The notes under the pieces were generated by a model. The model was not told the DNA's origin. It made no database searches and worked only from the letters and a program-made list of their open reading frames with translations. Of a DNA stretch of 64,000 nucleotides, positions 1 through 12,600 are shown in pieces. The first letter of the stretch is position 1, and each line of letters opens with the position of its first letter. Origin of the DNA: Botryllus schlosseri (lineage: Eukaryota); assembly GCA_051294905.1 (NCBI GenBank), contig CM119384.1, forward strand, positions 10,974,001 to 11,038,000, read 5' to 3'. The position numbers and the translations under genes are program-made.

Positions 1-721
1 ACTGCTTAGTGGGCAAGCGCGAGGCGCGAAAATTTTCGAAAATTCATGATAAAATCGGTCAATAAGATCTGGAATAGCGTATATATTGCTATCTATTTCT
101 TATCCTCTCTGCTCACGTAATCAGATTTACTGGTAGAGCTGAGTGAGGTGTCTTGGAAACTGCAGGGCCCATTGGTATGACTCCTTAACATGATGGTATT
201 TCGTGCCCTCCTGTCTGGTGTATAAAAAATATAGAATCGCCATAACGTAGGCTACGAAACTAAAAGACGCACACGATTTCAAATTGGTATTTCTTCACTG
301 GCATATAATTTTACCCTGCGGGATGGTATTTATCTTGTGAGATTGCCAGGACAGAATTTTGTTTATATAACGAAGTTTTCGGTTAGCATTAGGGTAGTCT
401 TTTTCGGCCACGGTTATCTCGCTGCCGATCGTTCTGGCACACTTCTTGGAGTCGCATGTTACATGGCCTACTTTACATGTCTTGGTGCGTCGTGGCACGG
501 TAATCGCCAACGCCAATATGCCCATAAATCTTCCTTATTTTTTCTTGTGGGAAGGAGTAGGCCTACCCAAAAATCAAGATAATTGGCAACTTGAAAAAGT
601 TGCATAAAGTTTCAAAAAAAATAATCTATAATTTATGCTAATTCACGAAAAAATTTGGGGCCCCTGCAGAGCTCGCCCCCCCCCCAATTGGGGGGTTTGG
701 GGTGCGGCAGTTACGGGCCTG
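1..721. mobile_element. Right part of a non-autonomous DNA transposon (hAT-like); left end outside the window
   Basis: Ends in GTTACGGGCCTG (710-721; reverse complement CAGGCCCGTAAC), preceded by GC-rich C/G runs, resembling the CAGGCGCGTAG end of the 7865 element. The TSD cannot be tested. Confidence 0.5.
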
Positions 722-771
722 TGTACAATAAACAAACGTACATAGTTTATAGTTTATTCTGCAGGATTAGA

Positions 772-1126
772 TATTATTACCATGTCCTCCTTCAGGAGGA
801 TTTGTCTTTCTTTTTCAGGGAATCGAAAATGTCCTCCGCGGACGCACAAATATCCTCCTTTATAGCTTTTTGGCAGCCAGGTCAATGGACACAGGACAGG
901 CACGACTACAAACGCCATAACTGACGTGAAATCTGAAATGAGGATGTTCTGGCGGGTCAGCACTCATCATCCGGGGTAGGACCGGGAAAATGACCTTATT
1001 TTTGGTCAACACATCAAGGATTTCCCGTAAAAATTTTATAATCAGCAGTTTTCTAGCCCGGCAATCTAAATTTTGTGGTTTTTAAAAAGTGTCTTCCTTT
1101 CCGAATCCCGAGCTTTGGTAACCCTA
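772..1126. mobile_element. Degenerate MITE, TAGGGTTACCA-TIR family (same family as 12821-13653)
   Basis: Right end TGGTAACCCTA (1116-1126). Left end TATTATTACCATGTCCTCC matches the reverse complement of the 13653 end (TAGGGTTACCATACGTCCTCC). No TSD recognised. Confidence 0.5.
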
Positions 1127-3626
1127 ATTTAATAAGTACGGTAGATCGCTAGCGAGATATGGTCCTGATCTGGGTGGGTAAGTTTTCATTACGCTATTAC
1201 AGATAACCAAGGTAAACCCTGCCTGCCGTAGGCGATAATCCACTCTCATATCCATCTCCAGTCAAAGACGTCATAACAATTCTTTGCGCCTCAGCGTTGA
1301 TTTTGTTGTAACTGAGAGGTCCATGCACATTTGAACGTGTGCCACCGTCGATATCAACACAGCTCGAAACGCCGGACGCAATGGTCGGATTCATACAGCT
1401 GCATAAAACCACAATCTGTGAAACGGTTATTATTACTAGTGTACGCCTATCGCTCTGTCTAACTGACATGGCTGAAAAATGTGGCCTCAGTGATGCAACC
1501 GACCGACAAAAATTTGAACCCCACCACCAGCCACGACTCGAGCCAAGATTCAGCAGCAGCCGCCATCAAGTTTCCCAATACGCCATGAAGCCGTACAGCC
1601 CTTCCTTTACCACAGCAACGAAACAGACAACGCATAGAAAGCATCAGAATCTATTGTACTATCAAAAACCATTGCAATTTTGATATATTTGTAACATATT
1701 AGAATATAATTGATCAAAACAGAAGAGAAATGCAGCGGCCACGAGTGACACAGCACCATCGTAAAACTGATATGAATGACCAGAGGTAAGCAAGATGAAC
1801 CGACAGGCTGGGAAAATTACAGTATTTTCAGTTTGACATCGGCTGCTAAGTCTGGTAATGTATCATGTGGGCGTGGGGGTGAGCAACTATAAAAACTAAA
1901 AGCAAAAAGTGCACAAATCGAGAGCAAATGATAATCGCGAAAATTAAAGCATGATAAGGTAATCGGCTGGAATTAACTACTACAGAAAAAGCACTGGGAA
2001 GACAAGCGAACCGTGACGGGCCACCAGACACTGAATCAGTATCAGTAACAAGACAAAATTCATCAGGTATCCCTGCTGTGCAGTGTTGGTCAGACAAGCA
2101 TTTTGAACTGCCGCATCAGACCAAAAACTAGTTAGAAGTCAGCATCGACCTAGTTTTATCATTAAATAGGAAAAACACAAAGTGATTAAACACGGCCGAC
2201 AAGCACATCTTCTGAAAATAGGTGCATCAAACTAAATTACATTGACCTATCTTTAGCAAGCAATGGTCATGACAAGTTTCACGATACACACACACGAGCG
2301 AAGGAATAACAAAAACGAAAGAAAATTCCATTGAACATAAAAGGTGGCCACACGCTCCAAACCGGAAATGCAAATCACCAACCAAAACAACGCGCTAAGG
2401 ACCGACGCGAGATTACAGTTGGGCAGTAGTCAGTAAACACGCCACTCCGTAGTGCAGTAGTACTTACCATGAAAACCTCAAAAGCGGGTTTGGACATTGG
2501 CTTTGCTACGTTGATTAAAATCGTTAGGCAAAATTATTAAAGATTATCTAGTCGGAAGGGATATTTTCCAGGTCACGCACTTCCGCCACTTTTTCAATGT
2601 GCAAAACAGGTATACGATCAAAACCCTTCGGTACGATTTTCTATCAATTGCTGGATACAGAGACATTAGTTGTAGCGCCAAAGAGTTTCCGACACGCTCG
2701 GGCTTGACGCCGGCAGGAATGCAACGGTACGATCTTCAACCATGCTCGGTCCTTCTGTAAAAGGATTTGCCTTCTGCAGCCGCAATCTTGTTTGGGTGGT
2801 TATAAAAATAAGCCCTTCCTGGTTGTACGTTTACTGGATATATTGTAGTCGTAGTAAAATCTATCGGAATTAATCTTAATGGCAACTACTGGCTGATATG
2901 CTTAGATTCGCGAGTTTCCCACGGAAGCAATTACAAGTGTCTGACGGCGGAAGTAAAATGACGACAATACGAAGATTCAAAACAATCTGCCACACCCCCA
3001 TACATGCTATAACACATCAATCAGGTCAAATATCATTAAAGCCGTCTAGAGCAGTGGTTCTCAACTGGTGCAGGTCAGTGTCAGCTTTCCTGCCAGTCTG
3101 ACAAATTACAATTGCAAAATGCAAGAAGTTGGAGGCGTGTCCACTGTCCATTAACTAGAGAAATGAGACATGGAATTATAAAATGATCAAGAAATTTGGA
3201 ACATATTTCTCTGTATCATGTTTTGCTTAAAACTTGGCGTGCAGTGCTGCAAGTGTTACACCGAACCGTCTAAAAGTATCCAATAACTTGTTGAAGATCA
3301 GTTGTCTAGGAAAATATTCTGCAGTACAATAGACGATAGCAAACAGCAACGCTTAGTTCTTTTGAAACCAACCGAACGATCAAAGCCAAGTTGGTGGTTT
3401 TTAACAGGGCTCCGACTCGCAAAATTTCAACAACACATATAATACCAAAAAGGCATCAGCAACTTGTTGACTTATATTTTGCTTCGATTTTTATTTTTCA
3501 AGTTCATCGGCCTGCAATACTTGTTTCGAAACTTGACCGGTCAAGAAAAGGATTTAGACGTACTGATCTGGAGCTTCTTGATTAACACATCGTATGAGTC
3601 AACCTACCTTGGAACGGTTGTTTTCG

Positions 3627-6600
3627 TTACGAGTTCTCCTCCGTCGCCGGGATCCATATTACCGGCCCGGATTGGGCGTGAATGGTCCTTTTGATCTCGT
3701 CGTACAACTCATCGATCGAATCCCCCTGCACGACGACGGTGAAATGCTCCCCGTATTCCTGCTCCACCTTCACGGCTCGGTCGTAAATTTTCAGGGCTTG
3801 CTCTTCGACGAGCCTTTTGTTCAATTCCCTGAATAAGAGGACAAGACCTCCAGACACACCGTTGGCATACGTGGAGCGGTCGGTTGACTTACATCAGCCA
3901 CTGTACTGATTTCGGCTTGATAAAGATGGCAACGGGCCAGAGCTCAGCTTCTTGCAGGCGTTTTATGGCGCTGCCCGACACGTCCAGTATACAGTTTTTG
4001 TTCTGCAACATTAATGCATTTGGCATTTTGATAAATTGCTGAAAGGTTGGGATTGTTATTGATTGCGGTAAAATTACACGGAATGTAGACAGGCGGTTGG
4101 GTACAGAGATATAAAAGCATTGAATGCTAACGTTGAATATGAAGGACTTTGCAAACGTTATTGCATTTGGCATTGTGATAAATTGCTGGAAGGCTGGGAT
4201 TAATATTGATAGCGAAAGAATTATACGGAATGTAGACAGGCTGTTCGGTACAGAGATAAAAACGTTTGAATGCTAACGTTGAATATGAAGGAGTTTATAA
4301 CTGGTCCCTGAAAAGTTCATACACTTTTGCAAATTGGTTTAGATCACTGATAATAATAATTCAAAAAATATCTCGTTAATCACTTGATCAAAACACGTGA
4401 TTTACTGGATTACTGGGCAACCTTTAGTGACTTTATAGTATGTGAGTTACAATCGATCTTCAATATTGAACATTTGTGGTTCTTGAATTCCAGTCCATGA
4501 GAAAAATTTCATTTTGAAACCGGCTCGCAGAGCAAAAAAGGTTGACTACCAAGCGATTACAACAAAAACAGAATGCATGTAGCAAAATAGTTTACAACTA
4601 GCAGCCATTAGCAGTACAAACCTAACCAGGCAGAATTTACTAATCGTATGCTACATGTGCCAGGGGCACTGAATTGAATGGGCATAAACAAATATTCTCA
4701 CGGGTTATTTCTGGATAGCACTTGATTACACATAGATCAAATACTCAAATTGAATACCACAGTCTACAAGTACAGGTATTGTGGCCAAGCGCGATTCATA
4801 TTTCTTAAATTTACAAACGCAATAGCAGCAAACATAACAATTGCCTTCGACCATTCTCTTCAACATGTCAACGAGGATGGAAAGTGAAAATTGATTAGCG
4901 TGGCTATACCACAAGGAGATCGCGACATTGTCTGGAAATTCAGTCCGCAACGCACCGGATTCCCATGGCAGGATGTTGGACCACTCGTGAATAGCGAATG
5001 AAACAAAAGAACCATACCGCAATCGAACAATTGTGTTTGATTTACCAAAATATTATCATTTCCACATACGCTGGGTGTTATTTCAGGTCATCTGCTTTGC
5101 TAACACACTATATAGATATTGTTCCGACTATCAAGGCTCTCAATGAATCTATAGGATCCCAACAAGATTGAATCTTGAATAACGGGCTAATGTGGTGCTG
5201 CTAACGGCCCAGTTTGTGTACTTATTCAACGCATTATGAGAATACAAGATGAATCCCGTCTCCACAATAGACTTTGGAAGTCAAACAATCGGACAGAGGT
5301 GGTCACGAAGTAGCCAGCGTTGGTACTCAAATAAAAATAAAGTAACATTGTAAATTTTTACTCCAGTGTAAGTACTAAGTACCAATTTCTAAGCAAGTAA
5401 AAATGCAGAGGTGGTCAAACTAATCATCGTTTGTACTCAAGTAAAGGCAGAAATAACATCATCATGACTAACTAGAGCACAAGGAGTGATTTCTTAGTCA
5501 GTAGAGATGTTCAAATTAGTCATATTTGTTACTCGTGTAATAAGTAACATCGCATATTTCCACTCAAGTATAAGTAGTGATTTCCAGTATCCCACCATAC
5601 AAAACAGAGAGCACAAAGCTGCAAAGGTTTCTGGAAATAACATATTCCTGCAGTCATCATCAACCCACAACATTGTCACAAAGTGCAATGAAATCGGTAA
5701 GGTCGATATGGTATACCGAAGTATCATCAATGTGATGGAGAACAGGCTTTATATTCTTTGTGGTGGCACAAAAGGTGCATATTTGAACTATGATATCTTA
5801 CATACTCGACTCGAAGCATAATACGTGATTCAGAATCGAATCACTCGTGTACTCGATTTTGCCCAGCCCTACTGACCGCCTCAGCAATAGGACATAAGAC
5901 GTACCGGGAATAAAACACGGCATTCCATGCCTACAACTCACGCTCTCGGCGATGTCTCTGACCGACTGGATACTGGTGCCGTACAGATTCTCATTGTACT
6001 GCCCGGCTTCGATGAAAAGATGGTCCTGGATGTCTTTCTCCATCTGCTCCCGGGACGTTACAAAGTGATAGTCGCGGCCGTCCTCCTCGTTATCTCGCTT
6101 TTCCCGCGTCGTGTCTGAAAACGGATTGTCCCGTTTCATATTACAAGCAAACGCAAAGATTTCCTACCAAGAACAGCACGGGCACGGACAAATGTCGTCC
6201 CAAACTACAAAAAACAGTCGGTTATGATCACATGATCACATTCGTATTAGAAAACCTAGACAACAGATAGAATGACAAGTCTTACTATAGTCTTCCATAC
6301 TAAAGAATAGACCCTAAAAAAGGTGACGCAAATGATGGCAGTGCGTGCAATTGCAAAAGAATGATATATGCAATCTACGTCGACCAGTCCGATACATTCA
6401 ACCATTCTAATGTTTGCGAGGTGCCGAGAGCACAACCGCAATCCTGTGATGCCGGTAATGAGAACGGCAAAGTATTGAAAATCCTATTCCTATACGATGT
6501 GTTCAACGAATGAGATACCGTAGTAGGAAATAGAAACCGAATAAAGATTCCTAATAGACACTCACGGGGCACGCAGCTACCAAACTTCTCGGGTTCTTGA

Positions 6601-9600
6601 GCGATCAGATCGTCGTTAATCCTATCTTTGAAAGGTCCCAATAGCACGACCGGCCTTGCATACTTGACTGGAACAAAATTGACATGTTTACAAACACAGC
6701 CTTATCAGGGCGTCTCCAGAGTCCAATATTCATATAGTAATCAGACAAAGTCGATAAAAAAATCAATATATAGACGTCTCGCTCTTGACAATGTGACAAA
6801 CATTCATTCACGGCATCGCATATCAAATCTGCAGAGCATGTCAGAGACTACATTTCACTGGGTTCGCCGAGAGAAATCATTTTAGCGTGCGATACAGGTT
6901 CGGGGATATGCCAGACATTGACATGGTGCCACCACTCTTTTGACAATCAAAAAGAAACACCAACCAGTAAATAGCTTCCACCAATAATGTAGGCTTTTGT
7001 TTGTCAAGTAAACAAGAGCTTGTGTGAAATTTGACAAAGTCAACAATTAAAACATACCACCGTAACGAAAAGTATGAACGAGTTGCAGCTGTTTATTAAT
7101 CACGGTGAGAGACGACCAAACATAACTCTTCACGAAATATATGACAAAACGGAATCACATACGTCTAGAAATGGTGTCTTTGGAGTTTCATTTTCTCACA
7201 CAACATAGTAGAAAATATATTACATTGTATAATGCATGGAGCAGCATAATAAATCTCACAAAGATAATGAGACATCCACAACGGAACACACAATTGTGTA
7301 CCAAACGATCAAATGACTGATGTACATCACAGATTGTCAGATTGATCAAATCCTCTTGGCCTTACATGACAAGCAACTTAGTTTAGGTGTATGGATCCAT
7401 CAAGATAGACCGAGAAAATTCATTGCAAAACTATCCATAAGATTGCACAACCTACCTCGTTTTTGGGTCACCTTCTCATAAGACAGCACGGTCTCTTCGC
7501 CTGAACAATGAATGAAATATTGTCCATCACAAAAATATGTCAGAGATACAATGAACACTTACTTATATCTTTATCGCTGGCGCTGAGATCACTTTGTAAA
7601 ACATTACCTGTAACGTAGCGTGGTAAACATGATCTTGTGCGTTAACATTCACTGTAGTTCAGTATTTATGTCACACGGCGAACAAAATGGATCATCGCGT
7701 AATAATAGGCCTGTATTTGAATACATATGTATTCAATGGATGCACACCGCATATACCAGTAAGCTAGGCTAGTTTCGTTTTTATAATTGGCATCATCAGA
7801 GACAGAAACCTTCCACTAGCTTAGGCGCAGTACATTTTAATAAAGGGCAAAATATCCTTGCAGTCAGGCGCGTAGTCAGAGGGGGGTTTCGGGGGTCGAA
7901 ACCCCTGCCTATTGAAGCGCAAAACCCCTTCCTCAAACGCGAAACCCCGTGCTTTTGAAATGACCGTTCAGACGCTAATACTCGGTTGCCATTGAATAAG
8001 TCGTATTATCAGTGTTGTGCGCGTCCAATAAGCGAGAGGCATGTTGCCAATAGCAAGATTGTCAGTACACATCGCACTGCACAATAGGCCTATAACGCGA
8101 CACGGTCTTCCGCTGAGATGATTGCGAAATCAAGTCATTCATTACAACACGCTCGGCAATCGCCGCCTGATTTATTGCGTCTCCAAGCCTAGTTCCGCTG
8201 GCTCGAAGAATCGCATCTGTAATAGGCCCGGTGCGCACTATAGCATCGATGGCCTGCACAATCATGCATCTGCTTTGCGTGGTGTGCACGATATCATCGC
8301 TGGCCTACACAATCGCATCTGCAATAGGCCTGATACGAAAGATATATCATCGCTAGCCTAACTGCATCGCTAGCCTATAGTCCAACTATCGCGTCTTGGG
8401 CCTAGCATGGTTTGGCTGCTATCTCTTGATGGCTTGGAGACAGTGCCGTTAAGTGTATGCTGATTGGCGATCGTGATTAGTGAGTGACTTCGCGAAACTG
8501 AATGACATCGAATGTTCGCAAACATGTGCGACGAGTGAGTACGTGCGGAATTGATTTCCGCTAATACTTGAACATAACCATCGGAAGATGTGTGTCAAGG
8601 TTTGAGTTATAAAAGAGGACAGGTTTGAAGCACCTGCAATCGACGTCATTATAGCACATATTCCATAAAAACTCGGGCATTTTGACTTGCCCAAATCGTC
8701 GCTGAGGCTAAGTAAGACGCGTATTTATTTGTTCACAACAGATCAGGGAGTCGCTAATCAACAGCACTTCCGGACTCGTCGACAAGCTTATCATGCGCGT
8801 ATAATCGTCAACACGAGGAGATTGTATAATCGTCATTTACGCATGTACTAAACCATAATGAATTGATGCTATATTAGTGAAATCGAAAAATATCGAAACC
8901 CCGCTTTATCATTTTAAAACCCCGTACTTATTTTTCGGCTGGCTACGCGTCTGCTTGCAGTTGGTATCTCTAGTCGAGTGAATTATCGAAAGAGCCGCTA
9001 TCAAGTTTCTGGACTAGAGCGATGTTGTGATCAGCCAGGGAAAACCACGGAAAGATGCCAATGTCTTAGGAACATCAACACACGCAGACTTCTAAGATGG
9101 AACAATTCACTAACCATAACGCAAATGCACCCTATCGCATAACCATAAAGAACTTACTTTCGGTATCGCTGACATCGTCCAGATTCTCCCGGCTTTTGTA
9201 AAACGGAAACTTCCGACTGAATAGCAAGCTCTTTTTTCTTTTCACGTTGGTAGCATCCTATAAAGGAAAATGCAGATGAAGACTAGCCTACGGCCCGTTC
9301 AGATAAGGTTAGCCTTAAAAGGAATCGCAATTTTACCCTGACTTCCAGCGGTGGATAATTTGGCGTGAACTTGACTTGTTTCAATCTGGCACGTTCTTTT
9401 CTTTCTACTCGTGATTTCGATGGAATCACCCCAAATTCCATAGAGTCATTGCCGCTTTCCTTTAAAACAGGAATGCATGCAGTACTTTATATGCTTGCTA
9501 TGATTCAACTATGAGCAATTGATAGTTAAGAAAACCGAGTCCACCAAGTTGATTGGATCAGGAACATCCCACATAAATCAGATGTCGATTGCCGTGTGAG

Positions 9601-12600
9601 TAGGTGTAGGAAGATAACAGCGTCAAATATAGAAATTAGATAAAACGATATGACAAACACAGAGCCGGCAAATAGATCTCAAGAGTAGCTACCCACTAGC
9701 ACATCAAAAGAAATTAATGCAATTTTAGGTAACATACCACCCTCCTGGCTTGCCACCATTCATCGTCGCTTGCGTTTGTGACATGGAGAATGTCCCCGAG
9801 TTGAAACGATAATCCTAAAAGAATACAGGTACATAACTTGAATGAAATTAAAACATTGTATGCGTCATAAGCAACCGTAAATACAAGCGATGAGCGAAAT
9901 ATGTGACAACATCAATTCCAAACACTTTGATGTAAATTTCTATACAGAGATTAGGAGCGAATTTGCAATAACGTCACAGAATTTCCTGTTTGTAACTTTC
10001 AATGGGAATAAATGTATCAACTCAAGTTTGGCTCAAGGGCAATAATGAAGCGGATTCAAACGTGTGTGTTCCATAATTCAGGTAAATGGTAGGCAACATA
10101 CTGTGCACGAGTATGCATCATCATTGGGATGTCGTAAAATATCAATACCGATTCCTCGGCAGTATATTGACACCAGTTTTTGGCCGTAGCAGAACAATTT
10201 TAGTAGCACGCAAACATGGTTGAAATGAATGATGATTACTTCCTGTTCATACCGCCGCCTGCTCAACATAATTTAACAGGACGGAACACAGCAATATAAA
10301 GTAGGTAAGGCTACTGGATAACCTTTACAATAAACATACCGCACATCTTACTGGCCCCAACACTATAGTGCAACATACCTTTTCCAGGTAATCCAGAATC
10401 TCGCGAAGAATCATAATCAAACAGTGCGCGTACATGAAGTGTCTTCTTTTGCGATGTTAATATCCCAATTGAGCCGGACAAGGACTTATTCATCGTAGAC
10501 TGAAGAAATGCTATCTCCCTAAGCTCTGAAATAAATTAAGTTATATACTTTAGCTAGAAAAGCAGCAGAGAACTGGCTAAATAATGATTATATATTTCAG
10601 AACAACTCGTTCATAAAATTTGCCTTAGAGACAAGTGCATGTGAACACCGAATAGCACATTAATCTACAAACAGTGAAACTAATCAGTGTAAAGTAGCGG
10701 ACTCCTAACATTGAATATGGTATTTCACTACTGGAATGGAAATCAATGCAAAAGAATAAATATCGGCATTCGATCAAGCACTGCTATATGATTACCAGCG
10801 TAACGGCAATTACCCGTGTGTACATGACGAAATCCATTCATCAATACATGGTATTGTCTGCATAATATGTACAATTAAATACTTCATCCATATTAGAAGA
10901 CGGTATTTTTATACTGGTATTGTCAAGATATCGATATATTTCGGCCCGATCACGATCTATATAGCAGCCAACAGTACCGATCAGGACCAAAATCAATCAG
11001 ACACAATTTTAAACTTTACGCCTATGCCATAATCATCTCAGAACTGTGGTCATCCACAAATTTGTAATTGTGTGCCATGACGACTTGGCTACATAGTTGT
11101 GAAGCAACGCCAACATCAATGAAATCCAGCTTATGTCTTTGTATTGTTTTGTCTAACGAATCTTGCCATGATATCAACAACATAAATGCCCGGTTCTAGT
11201 ATAACGGTTTGATATTACTACAGCTGTTTTCATTCGTTTGAAAGCTTCCGCAGGACAGCAGCTAACAAACTCATCATCTCACGCCACTGTGATCTAAGTC
11301 GTTAACAGTAGTAATGGCAGATATAAAGGTTTTCATCTTGCCAACAATGACCAATACCGGTAATCTAAATGGAGGTAAAATGCCTTAACTAACAAGCGTC
11401 CGCTAAACGCACATGGAAAGTCTCAACATATTTTTGTTCTAGATTGTATCTTCAAGACTCAACACCGTATTTCCCAGATACCCTCACACTTTATAAAATA
11501 TGCTGATAATTACGACAGGTGAGTAAGTTTGAAACGTTACACCCGATCGATAGGCAGGCATTCTGCCAGAATCACTGACGTCGCATTCCCGGAGTGCTCC
11601 CCGCGACGAGTATATGTGATCCGTGATCATGATCAACGACATTGAGTTGCTTGTTTACATAGCTCAGTGCTTGCGAACCGTGCAAATGTATAGATAACTC
11701 ACCTACGCATCTTAGTTATCTATAGTAAATGACGACCATACGCGAACCGTACCTTGACGGTAATGTTGCTGTTGCATGGAAATTCAACCTTGACTTTACT
11801 AGTTCCCGAAAAACCTTTCTCGACGCCATATTAATTTACATGAATCTCAAAATGTCTCATTCACGTCATGTCAATTAGCATTCACGGTATGGGCACGGAT
11901 AAACGCATTTCATAATCGCAACATCACAGGCTCCTAACCGGGGTGCCGCGGCGCCCTGCTGCGTTAATTGCAATGCTCCGCTAGAAATCGTGATACTGCG
12001 CCCTATTCTTTTGTTCAACTTTCACCCGCGATCATCATTAATTCACAACCAACGGAGTATCAACGTTTCGCGCCTCAGTCATTCATGGCTGTTCAGTATA
12101 AACTGCTTAGTGGGGAATTTATTGGTGTTTAGATAATTTCTTTCACCGCCTAGCAGTCGGCGGGATAGAGCTTTACACTCTTGTAACTGTTTGCTTTTTC
12201 GAAGAATAAATCGGAAGCCCTCATGAATGGTAGATTTCCAAATAACAGCCACGGAAATATGAACTCTCAAACAGACTGGTTCAACGATTTCTGGAATGCA
12301 TAATATTGTATATAGTCAAAATGAATCAAGGTCGAGACTAGCTCCAAGTCGTCAATCAATTACGTGGCGATCACAGAACCACGAGATTTAGTGAAATTTA
12401 GTGAACCTGACACCGAAATCCTGAGTAGCCTACCTCTCATCGCATATTTACTAAGTCACACGTACTTCACACAAGCCGTTGGTCAGGATTACTGTAATGC
12501 ACCATTAAAAGGTAATGATCTTGGCGGGCGAGATTGTCCAACCCCTCTTCATCTTTAAAACTTGAAGAAAAGATATGTCTAACAAATGTTTCCTGTCAGG

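Noticed and set aside
3052-3150. Charlie-type terminus CAGTGGTTCTCAAC after GTCTAGAG
   Set aside because: No matching far end or TSD, so it is not listed as an element. Similar orphan ends occur near 11926 and 17476.
7661-9095. Candidate alternative I2-like DLG1 exons (a 34-nt one near 7.7 kb and a 43-nt one near 9.07 kb, both phase 0 to 1)
   Set aside because: Weak donors (GTGTGA, GTGGTT) and no peptide similarity; needs RNA evidence.
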